Assembly (NCBI RefSeq): GCF_018977255.1
Contig: NW_024704743.1
Location: 70,000,001-70,064,000, forward strand
DNA: 64,000 bases
Source: Callorhinchus milii
Taxonomy: Eukaryota
Direction: 5' to 3'
The notes beneath the pieces are model-generated. The model worked only from the letters and a program-made list of their open reading frames with translations, made no database searches and had not been told where the DNA came from. A program made the translations under genes and the position numbers. Below are positions 12,421-25,313 of the stretch, in pieces; the first letter of the stretch is position 1, and every line of letters starts with the position of its first letter.

Positions 12421-15400
12421 GTCGGTTTTATTACTTAGCGAAAAAACAGATGTAGGCTTTGTTTTATAAGTAACAATTGCCCAGAAACAGCAGTGAGGAA
12501 TGAGTCAGAGAAACAACCACTGCCAAACAGGAAAGCTAGCCAACAAGCGCAAAATTCTTCACAAATTCAGCAGACTCATGTTTCCTCTCATTTCACGCTT
12601 TGTGTGCTTTATGAACTGTTAAATAAATATATTAACAGTTCATGTGGCCCTCATCTCCAAGGCATCACTTGTCCTATCCCCCTACTCTGCTGGCTCATTC
12701 CCCTCTTACCCTCTGTTAAATAAATATATTAACAGTTCATAAAGCACACAAATCATGAACTTTTGAAAGCATCAAAGCATGAACTTTCTAACATACCAAG
12801 ATACATCAGGGTCTTTAGTTATTTGATTTAAGAAACAAAGAAGGTTTGCTTGAGAAAACTCATGTCAGGCCATTGTACAGGGAGGGCATTTGTTACAAAT
12901 ACCAGGCATAGGGGCAGATGATATTTACTATAAGAAATGATTGTATCAGTAAGCGTCTTACTGAATAGACAGAGATTTGTGGATTAATAATTAATCCAAA
13001 TCTCTGCAGCCCATGTTCATTAGTTCAAGGTCCACGGTGGATCTTGCTGCACTGTTGTACAAGTCATCTTGGATGAGATGTTAAACAGAGGTCTCATCAG
13101 AACCCAAAATACTGCAGATGCTGAAAATCTGGAACAAAAACAGAAGTCGCTGGAGACTTTGGTCTGTGCAAATTGGCTGTTGTGTTTGCCTACAAATACA
13201 CAGTCACTATATTTAAAGTAAAAATCCTGTGTAGCGCATTGAGACATCTCAATGATTTGATAAGGCACTGTTCAATTGCAATCATTATTTTTTTCTTATT
13301 CATTTAATGCCATCAAATTATTCTGAATCGTTCTTTCATCATTCTCTACACTCACCCAACATTCCCATCAAAATTATTTTGCTAACAAAGATAGCTTTTC
13401 CTTTTATTCCATTTGCTGGTCACGTTCCACGTTCTTTTCTCATAAGTAGGAACTTCACAGAGAGTGTCTGCTAAGGCTTTCTGGTGCTTTCTGCACTAAT
13501 TAACACAGTCCCAGCAGATCCTCCATGGCTACCAAGAATGCGCATGAATTTCCGGACAAAGGTATTTAATAACCTAAAAGAATGCCCCTGAGTGTTTTTC
13601 TTTATTTTATATTAAGCAGACAGGAGAAATCACAAACAGGCAGAAACCTGACATTATGCAACTACATTCTTTGTCAGTTTAGACCAGCTACACTACTGTA
13701 GCGTTTTGCCCTACAAAATCACTTTACACTATATTCTGTGAAGCGCTTTGAGGCGCCTCAATGATGTGATAAGGCGCTATATCAAATGCGAGTATTATTA
13801 TTTATTTTACTGCACTACAATTTTAATATTAAACTTTCCCAGAGCTTTCCTGGTCTGTATGGCTGGATACATTTTCCACTTTGAGCTGTGCAGTATATTA
13901 ATACTTTTTGTATTCAAAAAAATTTCACTTCATGCATTTGAATAAATAGGGTGAAAATTAATGTGTGAAATGTTGCAAACAATTAATGTCTCTTCTATCT
14001 TCAAGATATTTTTTGCATGGAACATTACAGGTCATTTCATCCAACTAGTCCATACCAGTGTTTACACTGCACATGAGCCTCCAACCTCAGGTATGAGGTG
14101 GGTTATGAGGGCAAGAGTGAATTAGGGAAATAACTGGCAAAATGAGTCAGGTGCATGTAAGAAGGGAAACAGCTGGTCTGTATGGCAGGTTACATTTATC
14201 CTCTGAGTTATCAAATGAGTTGTATATGGCTGAGAGTCAATCATTGTACATGTTAGGAGGAAAACAGCTAATGCAGGCAGTAGTCACTTAGCTCATTTGG
14301 TGTGTCTTCACAAGCTTCTTTCAGCTAGAAATTTTGGAAGACCTTTAGACTTGAAGGTGTCAAAAGAGTGGGAGTCAACTCGAACTCTCTTTGGCCTCCC
14401 TCTTAGAAAGTTCTTTCCCATCCATGGAATACATGTGTTTCCTATTCTTAGTTTCTATCATGTAATTTATCTGTATTTATCCTTGCATTTATCTGTATTA
14501 AACTTAATTTGCCAGCCCACGTGCAAACCCTATCAACCTCTCATTGCTGCCTCCTCTGATTCCACCCTCCCCCCGATTTGGTGTCATCTGCAAATTTAAT
14601 TGCCGTACTTTGGGTCTGTGAATCAACGTCATTAATATATACAAAGGTTTCTGCATGTTTAAGACAACCGACTGACCAAAAAAACAGTTTAGCGTTGTGT
14701 GGATTATAACCACAGTACACCTTCTCTTGATTATCATTTGTGTCCCATATGCAACGAAGTGAGGGTCTGTTCGCCTTACATTTAGTGGAACTTCAAAGTA
14801 TCTTTGTCAAAATGCATCTTTCCTAGCAGTGATGTCAAGGTAACAGTGTTTTGTGGACACATGCTCTGAGAAGCTGCCTTGAAGACGTGTAGGAATACCA
14901 CCTACTTGAGGGTAGCCCAGAAGGTAGGAATTGTAGAAGTAATGTATGTCTTATTCCCATAGGAGTTAACAGAGTGCCTCGTAATAGCCTCACAGAATTG
15001 TGCCAATCTGCAATAATCCCCAGCACCTAGACACTGATACATGTAAGATTCTGTTCCTCTATCATTCAAATAACTAATGTTTCAGATCCTCTCTAATAAT
15101 GGAACTTGATAATCACAAGTTAAAGTATCCACACTTTCTCAGGTCATTGTGGAGTAGTGTAGAAAGAAGTCTTCTGGTTCATTCTTCAATCCTCACCCCC
15201 TTCCTCTTACCATTGGTGGCAGAGCTTTCATCCAATACAGTCCTTTCCTGTCTTTCCTTTCCACCGCGCATTCGGACACCCTCCTACCCCTACCCACTCT
15301 GCCCTCCACCACACCTGATCCCAACCCCCTGCTCGGGTTCAAATTCCTGACTGTCCAGCGCCTTGGGATATCCTCCTGATGTGAAAGGCGCCTTTACAAA

Positions 15401-16711
15401 TGTCATTTGTTGTTGTTTCCTCTGGAATTCTCTTCCAAAATCTCTTCATGTTGCTTCCTCCCTCCTTTCTCTCTCTCTGTTCTCCTAAAAATATGTTTTT
15501 TTGACCATTCTTTTGGTCAACTCTCCTTAGCTCTCCTTTTTCCTGATTAGGTCCTTCCTCACAAAATATACAGTCATACTACATTAAAGTATATTCTGTG
15601 AAGCGCTTTGAGATGTCTTGATGATATGATAAGGCGCTATATCAACTGCAATGATTATTATTGTTTTAATCAAGTTTCTTGAGTATTTCAAGACTTTCAT
15701 CCAATGCAAATGTTGTGGTGAGAATGTAATTGTAATTTCTCATGAAACAGCTCCAGTTTGGTGAATATTTGCAGCATTGTTAAGCATCTGAGCAGAAATG
15801 AACACCATGTGCAGTTCTGCAGGTTTGGTCAATTTTCTACTGTTGGAGAGACAACTAACAAAAATTCTCAAATCACAGCACATTGTATTGTCAGAATTCA
15901 GCACTTATGAGAAGTATAAAACCTTCAGTCAAATTACCTGACACATACATGGACATTGTTGAAGTCAATGATTGCCAACCCCAATCGTTGGGGTGTACCA
16001 TAAGTATGATCATCAGTACTGACCACACTGAACTCTTCCTTTTGCTTTTGGAATTGCTGAGGCCTTAGAAGCTAACAATTAAATGAAGGGTCTGTGACCA
16101 AATATAAAATGGCAGTTTGCACACTGTCAGGAAAAATGTTGGTTAATTTGCCGACCTATTTCAATTAATATTTTTCACTTCTGTTCCATGGGCACTAACA
16201 GCAAACCATGCACAAACCATCCAATAATGCAAGGATTATTAATAACCATTCTGAAACATGCAGTTTAGGTGAGAGGGCTTAATGTTGTTGCCAACTATAG
16301 GAGTGATCTCTATATGGAACTCCTTGGAGCTAGTATTGTTTATATACAAACATACATGATTAAGTCTTGTTTATTAAAATCTGGAGTCTAGCTTTAAATG
16401 TTTCTGTCAGAGTTGATTCCTGTCGCTTTTAATGGGACCGCTTGAGGAATGTCCTCACCAAAAGACATGGCTGCCTTATGCATGCAAATATGGGTAATGT
16501 GAGTTTGTCTAAGAAAGAGATTAATTGAATGTGCTGTAGCTTTCCACTTGTTAAATAGTTGGTAATCTGCAGCTTGAGCCAACACTGTACTCTTGAGGTC
16601 AATATGAATAGAGTTAAACTGTGGAAGATACCATGCCCATTTTACAAGTCACAGGAAACGCTATCTGACTTTCTGAATGTTTCAATTTTCTCCAAAGAAT
16701 TACAGAACTTA

Positions 16712-17036
16712 TGGAGTCCTGTAGCTCAACATGGGTTTGATTCCCGGCAGGGCGAAATGTTGGGCAAGTTTCCTTCCTCTACACACCTCTGTTTATCTGG
16801 CAGTACGTAGGAACGCGGTTGTTTGTCGATTGGCGGATTGCTTTTCCGGGGGTAATAATTCCTTCAAAAAAAAATTGGTCACTCAATCCACGACTGTTTG
16901 TGGGACACTGCTGTGTGGAATTGGCTGCTGCGTTTCGTCAATTCACTTCACAGTATATTCTGTGAAGTGCTTTGAGACGTCTAGAAGGTGTGTAAAGCGC
17001 TATATCAAATGCAAGGATTATTATTATTATTATTAT
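16712..17036 (+). mobile_element. tRNA-headed SINE, long-body subfamily
   Basis: Head with an internal deletion, CORE-like block, (TTA)n tail. Confidence 0.88.
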
Positions 17037-17044
17037 AAAGTAGG

Positions 17045-17390
17045 TGTCAGTCTGGCACAGTTGAGGGAATTCTTGGGTCTGATTCAGAAGGTTATGGGTT
17101 CAAGCCCCATATCGGGATTTTGGATTTGCAGTGTAAGCTGACACTCCAATACAGCGTTGGAAGTGCTTGTATTGTTAGTGGTGCTATCATTCTGATGAGA
17201 CGTTAAACTGAGGACCCGTCTGCCTGTTTAGCTGGGCGATCCAAGACACTACTTGAAAAGAGAATGGAGTTTCTCCTGGCTAACAATCCCCCAAATAAAA
17301 TTGGTGATTCACTTCATGGCTGTTTGTGGGACATTGCTGTACAATGCAAATTGGCTACTAGTTTGCCCACAAAATGCTCTGTCACTTATA
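17045..17390 (+). mobile_element. Deu-domain SINE (SacSINE1-like)
   Basis: tRNA-like head (ggttatgggttcaagcccc) and gatgagacgttaaactgagg..gagtttctcctggc, as in the Deu domain recalled from DeuSINEs. Confidence 0.75.
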
Positions 17391-17929
17391 CAGCTATAAG
17401 AAAATCCTATACATTTTTCTTTCCAGGAGTAGTCAGTTGTACACAGTTTCTGCCAATATTTGTAACACAAATATTTGTGTTGCAAACAGTTTGACAATAT
17501 CCATGGAGGATTTGAAGGTGAACTCTTCTCAGTCTTCTCAGTTGAATTCTTCATAGAGTAAAGTACAGAAGACAAATGTTCAAGCAGCATCTGCTGTAGT
17601 TTTCATCATTCACTTCACTTGCCACAAATCCCCTCCCCTGTGGCAGGAATAACACCCTGATATAAACTTGGACAATGATAGAAAATGAAGTGTTTACATT
17701 TCTGAGATTTTTCTGTCCTTTGTTGCAATGTTCATGGTTGCTTCATAGACAATGAATTCTCTTCTAACTGATATTAGCCTGAATCCTTCCACCAAAGCTC
17801 TCCATTTACCAACTGTTCTTTGATTCTGTGTGAAACCTCTGTATTTGTAAATCAGATGTCCACAGACAAAACCTTGCCTCTGGACAAATTCTTCCTTGAT
17901 GTTTTATAGCATTGTCCCTTTTATCCATA

Positions 17930-18420
17930 GGCTGCAGAACATCCTGAACTCTGCAGCCCGTGTCCTCTCCTGCCCCTGGCTCCATGACCCTGTCATCGCC
18001 ATCCTCGCCCAACTCCACTGGCTTCCCATCACACAGAGGATACAGTTCAACATCCTGGTCCTCACCTTGAAAGCGCTCCATGGTCTTGCTCCCCCCTACC
18101 TCTGTGACCTCCTAACCTCCTTCCATCCTGCTTGCTCCCTCTGCTCATTGGGCTCCGGCCTACTTCATGTCCCCTGCCTCGCTCGCCCCACTATTGGAGG
18201 GCAGGACGTCCGCCACTCTGTCCCCACCCTCTGGAACTCCATCTCGCAGTCCCTCCACTTCACCCCCTCCCTTGCCACCTTCAAGACCCTCCTCTTCAAC
18301 CGTGCTTTTGATCTCCTTGCTTCGCCCCCTGCCCTCCACCCTCCCCGGTCCCGACTGCCAGCTCGGGTCCAAAACTTTGACTCTCCAGCGACTTGGGATG
18401 TCTTCCCGACATTGTTGTTC
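17930..18420 (+). mobile_element. L2-clade LINE 3' fragment (family A)
   Basis: LQNILNSAARVL..LHWLPITQRIQFNILVLT..LHGLAPPYL. Confidence 0.88.
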
Positions 18421-19399
18421 TTGTTATCTCTAAACCTGAGAGGCTTTTGAAATTGTTGCCCAGGTGAAACATAAGAAAGCATGGAACAAGAAATGTCCAT
18501 TCGTCCATCAATCCTCACTCCTCACACATTTACACTTTTCAAACCTGACCCATTTCTCAGCACATAGAATATTCCCCACTATCAATTAGCACAGAAATCA
18601 TTGTGTACCACAGCACATAACTGCATACTTGTTCATCACTCTACACCTCTTCCTATACCCTCTGGTAGTGCTCTCAAGCTGATACTTGGTTGTTTCCTGA
18701 AGGAATCAGACAACATAATACCTCATTGCTTGGTAGGAAAAAAAAGGAAGTGATCTCTAGCTCCATGTACTGCAGTTTTTTTTTCATTTTGAACCGGTGC
18801 TGTCTAGTTCTAGTTCTGCTCTAAATCAGTCTGTTTATAACTACCTCGTTTAATGCTTTCATTTAAAAAATTTGATCAGGTCTAATGAGACCAACCAGAA
18901 AGCAGCCTCTCCCCATATTGTAAAGATATAAGAACCAGAAAGAACTTGATCCCAGCTCCACTGTTGAAGATGTTTTTGTTGGCTTTTGACTGAGCATATT
19001 AATGGCTATTTAGCTTGGAAAAAACCTTTTATCTGTTTTATAGTTTTGATGCTGAGACTGATGAAAAAATTCAGCATTCATCTCTTCAACCATGCCTTCA
19101 CCTCCCCTCTCGACTCTCTACCCCCTCCTCACTCCCTCCCTTCCCTCCCCTCACCCTGACCATTTCCCCCCTGCTCGGGTCCCGACCCAACTGTCCAGCG
19201 CCTTGGGACATCCTCCCGACGCTCTATAAATGCAATCTTCTTCTTGTTGTTGAAATAAGACAGAAAAACATAAAACAAATTTAAAGAATTAGAACTCATT
19301 CAACGTCAGTTGAGAACTAAAATTTAAGTGGGAATTCAGATTTGTATTTCCTGCGTTACATAACATTGGTGTCATTGGAAATGTAACACCTAGTCTTGT

Positions 19400-21990
19400 A
19401 TCATAGGATCATAGAATCATAGAATTATACAGCACAGAAGGAGGCCATTCGGTCCATTGTGTCTGTGCCGGCTCTTTGAAAAGAGCTATCCAATTCAATC
19501 CCACTTGCTCCCCATAGCCCTGCAAACTTGTCCTCCCAAAATAATTATCTACTTCGCTCTTAAAGGTTGTTATTCGAATCGCATCCACATCCTTTCAGGC
19601 AATGCATTCCAGATCTGAACAATGCGCTGTGTGAAAAAATTTCTCCTCCCTTCCCTGTTTCTTTTAACAACTATTTTAAATCAGTGCCCTTCGGTTACCG
19701 ACCCACCTGCCAGTGGTCGGTAACCTCCTTGTTCACCCTATTGAATCCCCTCATAATTTTGAAAACTTCTATTAAGTCTCCTCTTAACCTTCTCTGCCCC
19801 AAGGAGAATAATCCTAGCTTCTCTAGCCTCTCCTGATACCTGAAGTCCCTCATTCCTGGTACCATCCTGGTAAATCTCCTTTGCACCCTCTCCAATGCCT
19901 TGACATCCTTCTTAAAGTGTGGTGCCCAGAATTGAACACAGTACTCGAGCTATGGCCCAACCAGTATTTTATAAACGTTCATCATAACTTCCTGGCTTTT
20001 GTATTCTATCCCCCTATTTATAAAGCCTAGTATCCCGTATGCTTTTCTAACAGATTTATCTACCCGTCCTGTTACTTTTAAAAATTTACTTATGTGAACC
20101 TCCAAGTCTCTCTTTAAGATTGCACCATCAGCTTATATTGCCTCGACTCATTCTTCCTCCCAAAATGCATCACGTCGCATTTCTCCACATTAAACTTCAT
20201 CTGCCACGTGTCTGCCCATTTTACCCGTCTATCTATGTCAATTTGGAGACTGCCACTATTCTCCTCACTGTTTCCTACTTTTCCTAGCTCAGTATCATCT
20301 GCAATCTTGGAAATCGTACTCTGTATACTCAAGTCCAGGTCATTTATATAGATCAAAAACAGCAGTGGTTCCAAATCTAACCCCTGGGGGACACCACTAC
20401 ACACTTCCCTCCAGTCAGAAAAAAGCACTACACCACCACTCTGCTTTCTGACTCTCAGCCAGTTGTGTATCCATGCTGCTACTGTCCCTTTAATACCGTG
20501 GGCTTCTATTTTGCTTACAAGTCTCTTATATGGCACTTTATCAAACGCCTTTTGAGAATCCATATAAACTACATCAACTGCACTACCTTCATCCATCCTC
20601 TCTGTTACTTCATCAAAAACACCCCATTGGGTTTGTTTGACATGATTTGCCTTTAACAAATCTGTGTTGGCTGTTATTTATTAACCCATATTTTTCTAAG
20701 TGAAAATTTATCTTGTCCTGGATTATTATCTCTGGAAGTTTCCCACTACTGACATTAGGCTGCCTGGACTTTAGTTCCTGGGTTTATCCTTCTGCCCCTT
20801 TTTGTACAGGGGAGTAACCCTCGTCTTCTGGCACCACCCCAGTGTCCAAGGAGGATTGAAAGATTGTGGCCAGAGCCTCCGTTATTTCTACCCTTACTTT
20901 CCTCAGTAACCTAGGATGCATCCTGTCCGGACTTATCTACCTTGAGCACCAACAACCTTTTTAGTAGCTCCTCTCGGTTTATTCTTATTTTATTCAACTG
21001 TGACATTGGCTGCATCCTCTTTTGTGAAGACAGATACAAAGTACTCATTCAGTACATCAGCTATGCCCACTGCCTCCATAAGAAGATTTCCTCTTTGGTC
21101 CCTAATTAGACCCACCCTACCTTTGACTAACCTTTTATTCTTTATATGCTTATAAAATACCTTAGGGTTCCCTTTTATGTTACCCACTAATCTTTTCTCA
21201 CACTCGCTTTGTCCCTCTTATTTCCTTTTTCAGTTCTCCTCTGTACTTTCTATATTCTATTTGATTATCTTTTGTATTTTGGACCTGACATTTATCATAA
21301 GCCTCCTTTTCCTTTTTTATTTTAATCCCAATTTCCTTATTCATCCAGGGAGGTTTGGATGCCCTACCTTTCCCCTTTGTGGAAATGTATTTGTTCTGTC
21401 CCCGAACTATCTCCTCCTTGAAGGCTTCCCATTGCTCATTAGCTGTTTTAACTGCCAATCTTTCTTTCCAGTCCACCTTGGCTAGGTCCCTTTTTAACTT
21501 GCTGAAATTAGCCCTCCTTCAGTTGAGTATCTTCATGTTTGATTGCTCCTTTTCCTTTTCCATAATACTCCAAACCTAATGATGTTGTGATCACTGTTGT
21601 CCCGATGTTCTCCAACTGAAACCTGCTCCACTTGCCCCACTTCACTCCCCAGAACTAGATCCAGCACTGCTTCCTTCCTCGTTAGGCTGGAAACATATTG
21701 ATCCAGAAAGTTATCCTGAACACATTTCAGGAATCCTTCCCTCTCCTTGTCTTTACACTGTTATTTTGCCAGTCTATGTTAGGATAATTGAAGTCCCCCA
21801 TTATCTACTACTCTGTTGGTTTTGCATTTACTGAAATCTGCTTGCAGATTTGCTTGTCTATCTCCTTCTCTCTACTTGGTGGGCTATAGTATACACTTAA
21901 CATAGTAATAGCTTCTTTTCTGCTGCTTAACTCTAACCAAATAGATTCTGTTTTTGGACCCTCTAGAACATCTTCCCTTTCCAGGGCAAT
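19400..21990 (-). mobile_element. CR1 LINE, ~2.6 kb, 5'-truncated and degenerate
   Basis: [55 protein letters not shown]. (ATTCTATG)n tail at ~19400-19425. Confidence 0.93.
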
Positions 21991-23138
21991 AACTGTTGTA
22001 GTGCATGGGCAGCTTGCTCGATACTGAAATCAAGTAATTTTTATCATTATTAAATAGTTGGTCACAATAAAATCGGTTCTTTGAAAGGTTTGTAGGGAGT
22101 TTTTACACTGCACTGTGATTGACACTCATCCTGAAATCACCTCCTTGAATAGAATTGTGATCATAGCAAATAAGATCCAAAGAAGCTGATTTTGTTTTTG
22201 TCAGCAAGCAGATTTCATTACTAAATACCAGATAGATTTTTTCAAGGAGAAATTTGATAGAAATCTTATTGGCAAATATGTGTTCTATCAAATTCATGCT
22301 TCACTTGTTTTCACAAATTAAAAATTCAAGGCAAATGCTAATCTGTACAAATTATGCAGCATAGCTGATTGGAAAATAATTGCCCATTGCTGTAGGAAAT
22401 GTAGGATTTGATGGCCAGCCTGGGAATTGATGACTGACGGCAATAAATCAGTGAAACAGTAGTTTGGGTTTGGTGACGCATATCAGAAAGTCCTTTGAGT
22501 GGGCTGGGGCAGCATAGCATGGGATCATTGTGAATGGAGCCTCACAGAGGTTGGCACGTGAAGGGTAAAGAAGGACTGTGGTCTCAACTTGTTTTAATGT
22601 GATTTGCTGAAAGATTAGAGGGGTTAGTCTGGGTCTTAGTTAAGCTCCCAAGTTGCTAGGAATTGGCGGGAAACATACATGAACATATCCAAAGATCTGG
22701 AATGGACCCTTTTGATCTGAACACAAGTATGTATAGTCCTGTCAACAAACTGGGAGAGAGAGAGACAACAGTTGCATAGTGGTCTTATAATAAATAATAA
22801 TCCTTGGATTTGATATAGCGCCTTATCACATCTTCAAGTCCTCTCAAAGCGCTTCAGAGTATACTGTAAAGTGAATTGACTGTATATTTTATGGGCAAAA
22901 TGTGTTTCTTTGCAAGAAAACCTGTAAGGACTGTAAATGAGACAATATGAAAACCTTTTCAGGATGTATTTCTCTCATATGAGAATATGTTGGCTTGGAG
23001 CAGATCTTACAGAAGTAAATGATGGAGAAAAAAAAACCTAAAGCAATAAATTTACCTTTCAGATACCCATCAAGGTCAATTTTAGAACAGATATCTTAAA
23101 GTAAAAATCGATTAGAGAATTAGTTTGTTGGTAAATGT

Positions 23139-23190
23139 TTTATTTATTGATCAGCAGTATATCAGTTCATTAAGCACATTTTGCTTTATT
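23139..23190 (-). terminator. Candidate polyadenylation signals (AATAAA at 23185-23190, 23143-23148, 23139-23144)
   Basis: tttatt on the + strand at the distal edge of the TE-free segment. No transcript evidence is available. Confidence 0.5.
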
Positions 23191-24989
23191 AAGATTCCCA
23201 CCACAACTCTGGACAAAACAGTGTTTGCAATTCACTGTGTAGTTGGGAAAAATGTACACAGTCCATGCATTTGATTTCAGACATAGTACAGTACAGAACC
23301 CTGTAAGTCTGTATATATGTATAAAAAATCAGTTTGTACATTGACCGTGTACTCTAATAATATTACTTTCTCTATAACGGGCCAATATTGTAACAGAGAA
23401 TAAGTGCATAATCTGGTTATGGTACTCCATATGCAATTTAAGTGTTTACTGGTTCAATAAACATTTTGACAACTTGCATAAGTTTCAGGTGAGATTTTAC
23501 ACTAAACTACTATATTCAATCATGGTATAATATTTTCCAATGATTTTCTCATGTAGATCAGACGTTCTACATATATCGTGTGCACAATTGAACGCTTCAG
23601 CACAGAAACTTTAGGAAACAATCTCATATTAGGAGACATCTGTGTCGCACAGCTCATTTTAATAGAAACAGTAGAAAATAATCAGGAAGCAACTTTTGTT
23701 TTTAACTGAGACTACTCAGCAATGTCAGCTTGCTATTTATATAATTGCTAGTGCTTATCATTGAAAAGCCCACTTTTCAAAGATAAGCACATGTGCTGCA
23801 CTGGAGAACCAACAGATACTGTTCCCACCTTGAAATTGGTAGAACAATGTAAACACATTTCAGTTTGATATTGTTGATGCAATCAAAGAGCAACAAGGTT
23901 AGTGAAAGGTAACAAAGCTATGGAACGATCAGGTCAATCAATTGGAAGATTAATAAAACAGCATTTAGCCTCATCTCACCCATATGATCATTACTGAATG
24001 CAAATGATTTATTGCAATTCCATTTCCAATAGGAAGGCATAAGAACAAGAATCCACTATTTCATTAGTACATTTTAGTGACTATGTTACTCCACAACAAT
24101 CAGATAGATTGGAAATTTATACTTGTTCAGTATACATCTTATAACCAACCATACACAAAATGGGTACTTGGAGATACCAATATTGGTGAGTACAGTATGG
24201 CCTTTAGCCTTGGGAATGCCAAATTAATTCCATTCAGTGAAACATCCAATTTTGTATAAAACAGCTTCTATAATAACCCCTGAAATACTGTAAAATATGC
24301 AGTGCAACAAAGTAAAAGTATTCCCCTCTCTTCTCAGATTTCTATAACAGTATGGATACTTACAGTCATTGTATCAACTCTGCATGCATCTATGACAGTT
24401 GATACCGAGATAGGTATAATGCTTAGTTATTTTTCAAAGTTGTAAGAACAGTTCTACAGAGTAACAGTGCCTATGGGAGCAGCATGAAACAGCTAGTAAC
24501 GAGATGGTCTATTCCTGCTTGGTCAAGAATGGAGTTGCTTTTGTATTACCAATAAGTAGCTCTAAAAGTATTACATGATTTGTTTTGTGAAGTAATAGAA
24601 AAGTAGATTAGTATCATCGGGCACTTTTTTTGATTTTTTTCATTATCAAGAACCATGCTACTGCATTAGCAAGTTCTGTTCTGAATTGAAGCTCACCATG
24701 GCAAACTGGAATGCTATAGGATCTGTTTCAGAACTGCTTACATTGTTATAACCATTTGGAAGAGAAGCATCTGTTAACTGTTGTGGACGTAAGACGGAAA
24801 CTAAAAGCAACGTCTTATCTGTCAACAATGATCCAAAATTTATCCTTAAATGTCAAACGCACATCGTTAAGAACCCGCTGAAATAATTAAACCTGCATAT
24901 ACAGACAGGACTGCTTCACTTGCCAAATAATCCATACACAATTTGATTAGTGTGCGGGTAAAAAGTTTGCCGTCTGGTTTGAACATTGC
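23150..24989 (-). other. Probable TBC1D5 3' UTR (~1.8 kb)
   Basis: AT-rich stretch directly after the stop codon with no recognisable TE, ending at a cluster of minus-strand AATAAA hexamers. Confidence 0.6.
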
Positions 24990-25313
24990 TTAGATGTCCA
25001 GTGGGCTAACAATTGTGAAATCTGAATCCTTGCTGTTGCTGCTGTCATCATCTGGACTAGATTCAGAATTGCTGGATGGTGACTCCAGAACTCCAGAAGT
25101 AAGTGGGTCAGAGAAAAAAGCCTGCTGCATCTGTTTTCCACATTCTACAGCGGGTTTGTGCTCTTGGGAGATGTGCTGATGTGACAAAGTCACTCCTGTT
25201 GCTTCTAACTTCTCAGAAGGATGCTCCTGCACTAAGTCATCATCTTCTTTAGAAACCAAGATATAGTCATCTGAGTTTCTTCCTTCTGAATTCAGTGAAG
25301 TCAGCGATGTTGC
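24990..25313 (-). CDS. TBC1D5: TBC1D5 last coding exon, ATSLTSLNSEGRNSDDYILVSK...SSPDDDSSNSKDSDFTIVSPLDI*
   Basis: 324 nt including TAA, attttag acceptor. The C-terminus matches human SSPDDDSSKDSGFTIVSPLDI, which contains the FTIV LIR. Confidence 0.95.
   Translation of the reverse strand, partial: ATSLTSLNSEGRNSDDYILVSKEDDDLVQEHPSEKLEATGVTLSHQHISQEHKPAVECGKQMQQAFFSDPLTSGVLESPSSNSESSPDDDSSNSKDSDFTIVSPLDI

Noticed and set aside
16731..17141. Recurrent small ORFs ending KRYIKCKDYYYY as a peptide family
   Set aside because: This is the translation of the SINE tail and (TTA)n repeat. Frames and stops vary between copies.
1..22000. PLCL2 3' exons, expected from mammalian synteny convergent with TBC1D5
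   Set aside because: I found no peptide resembling PLCL2. Short exons could have been missed by eye.
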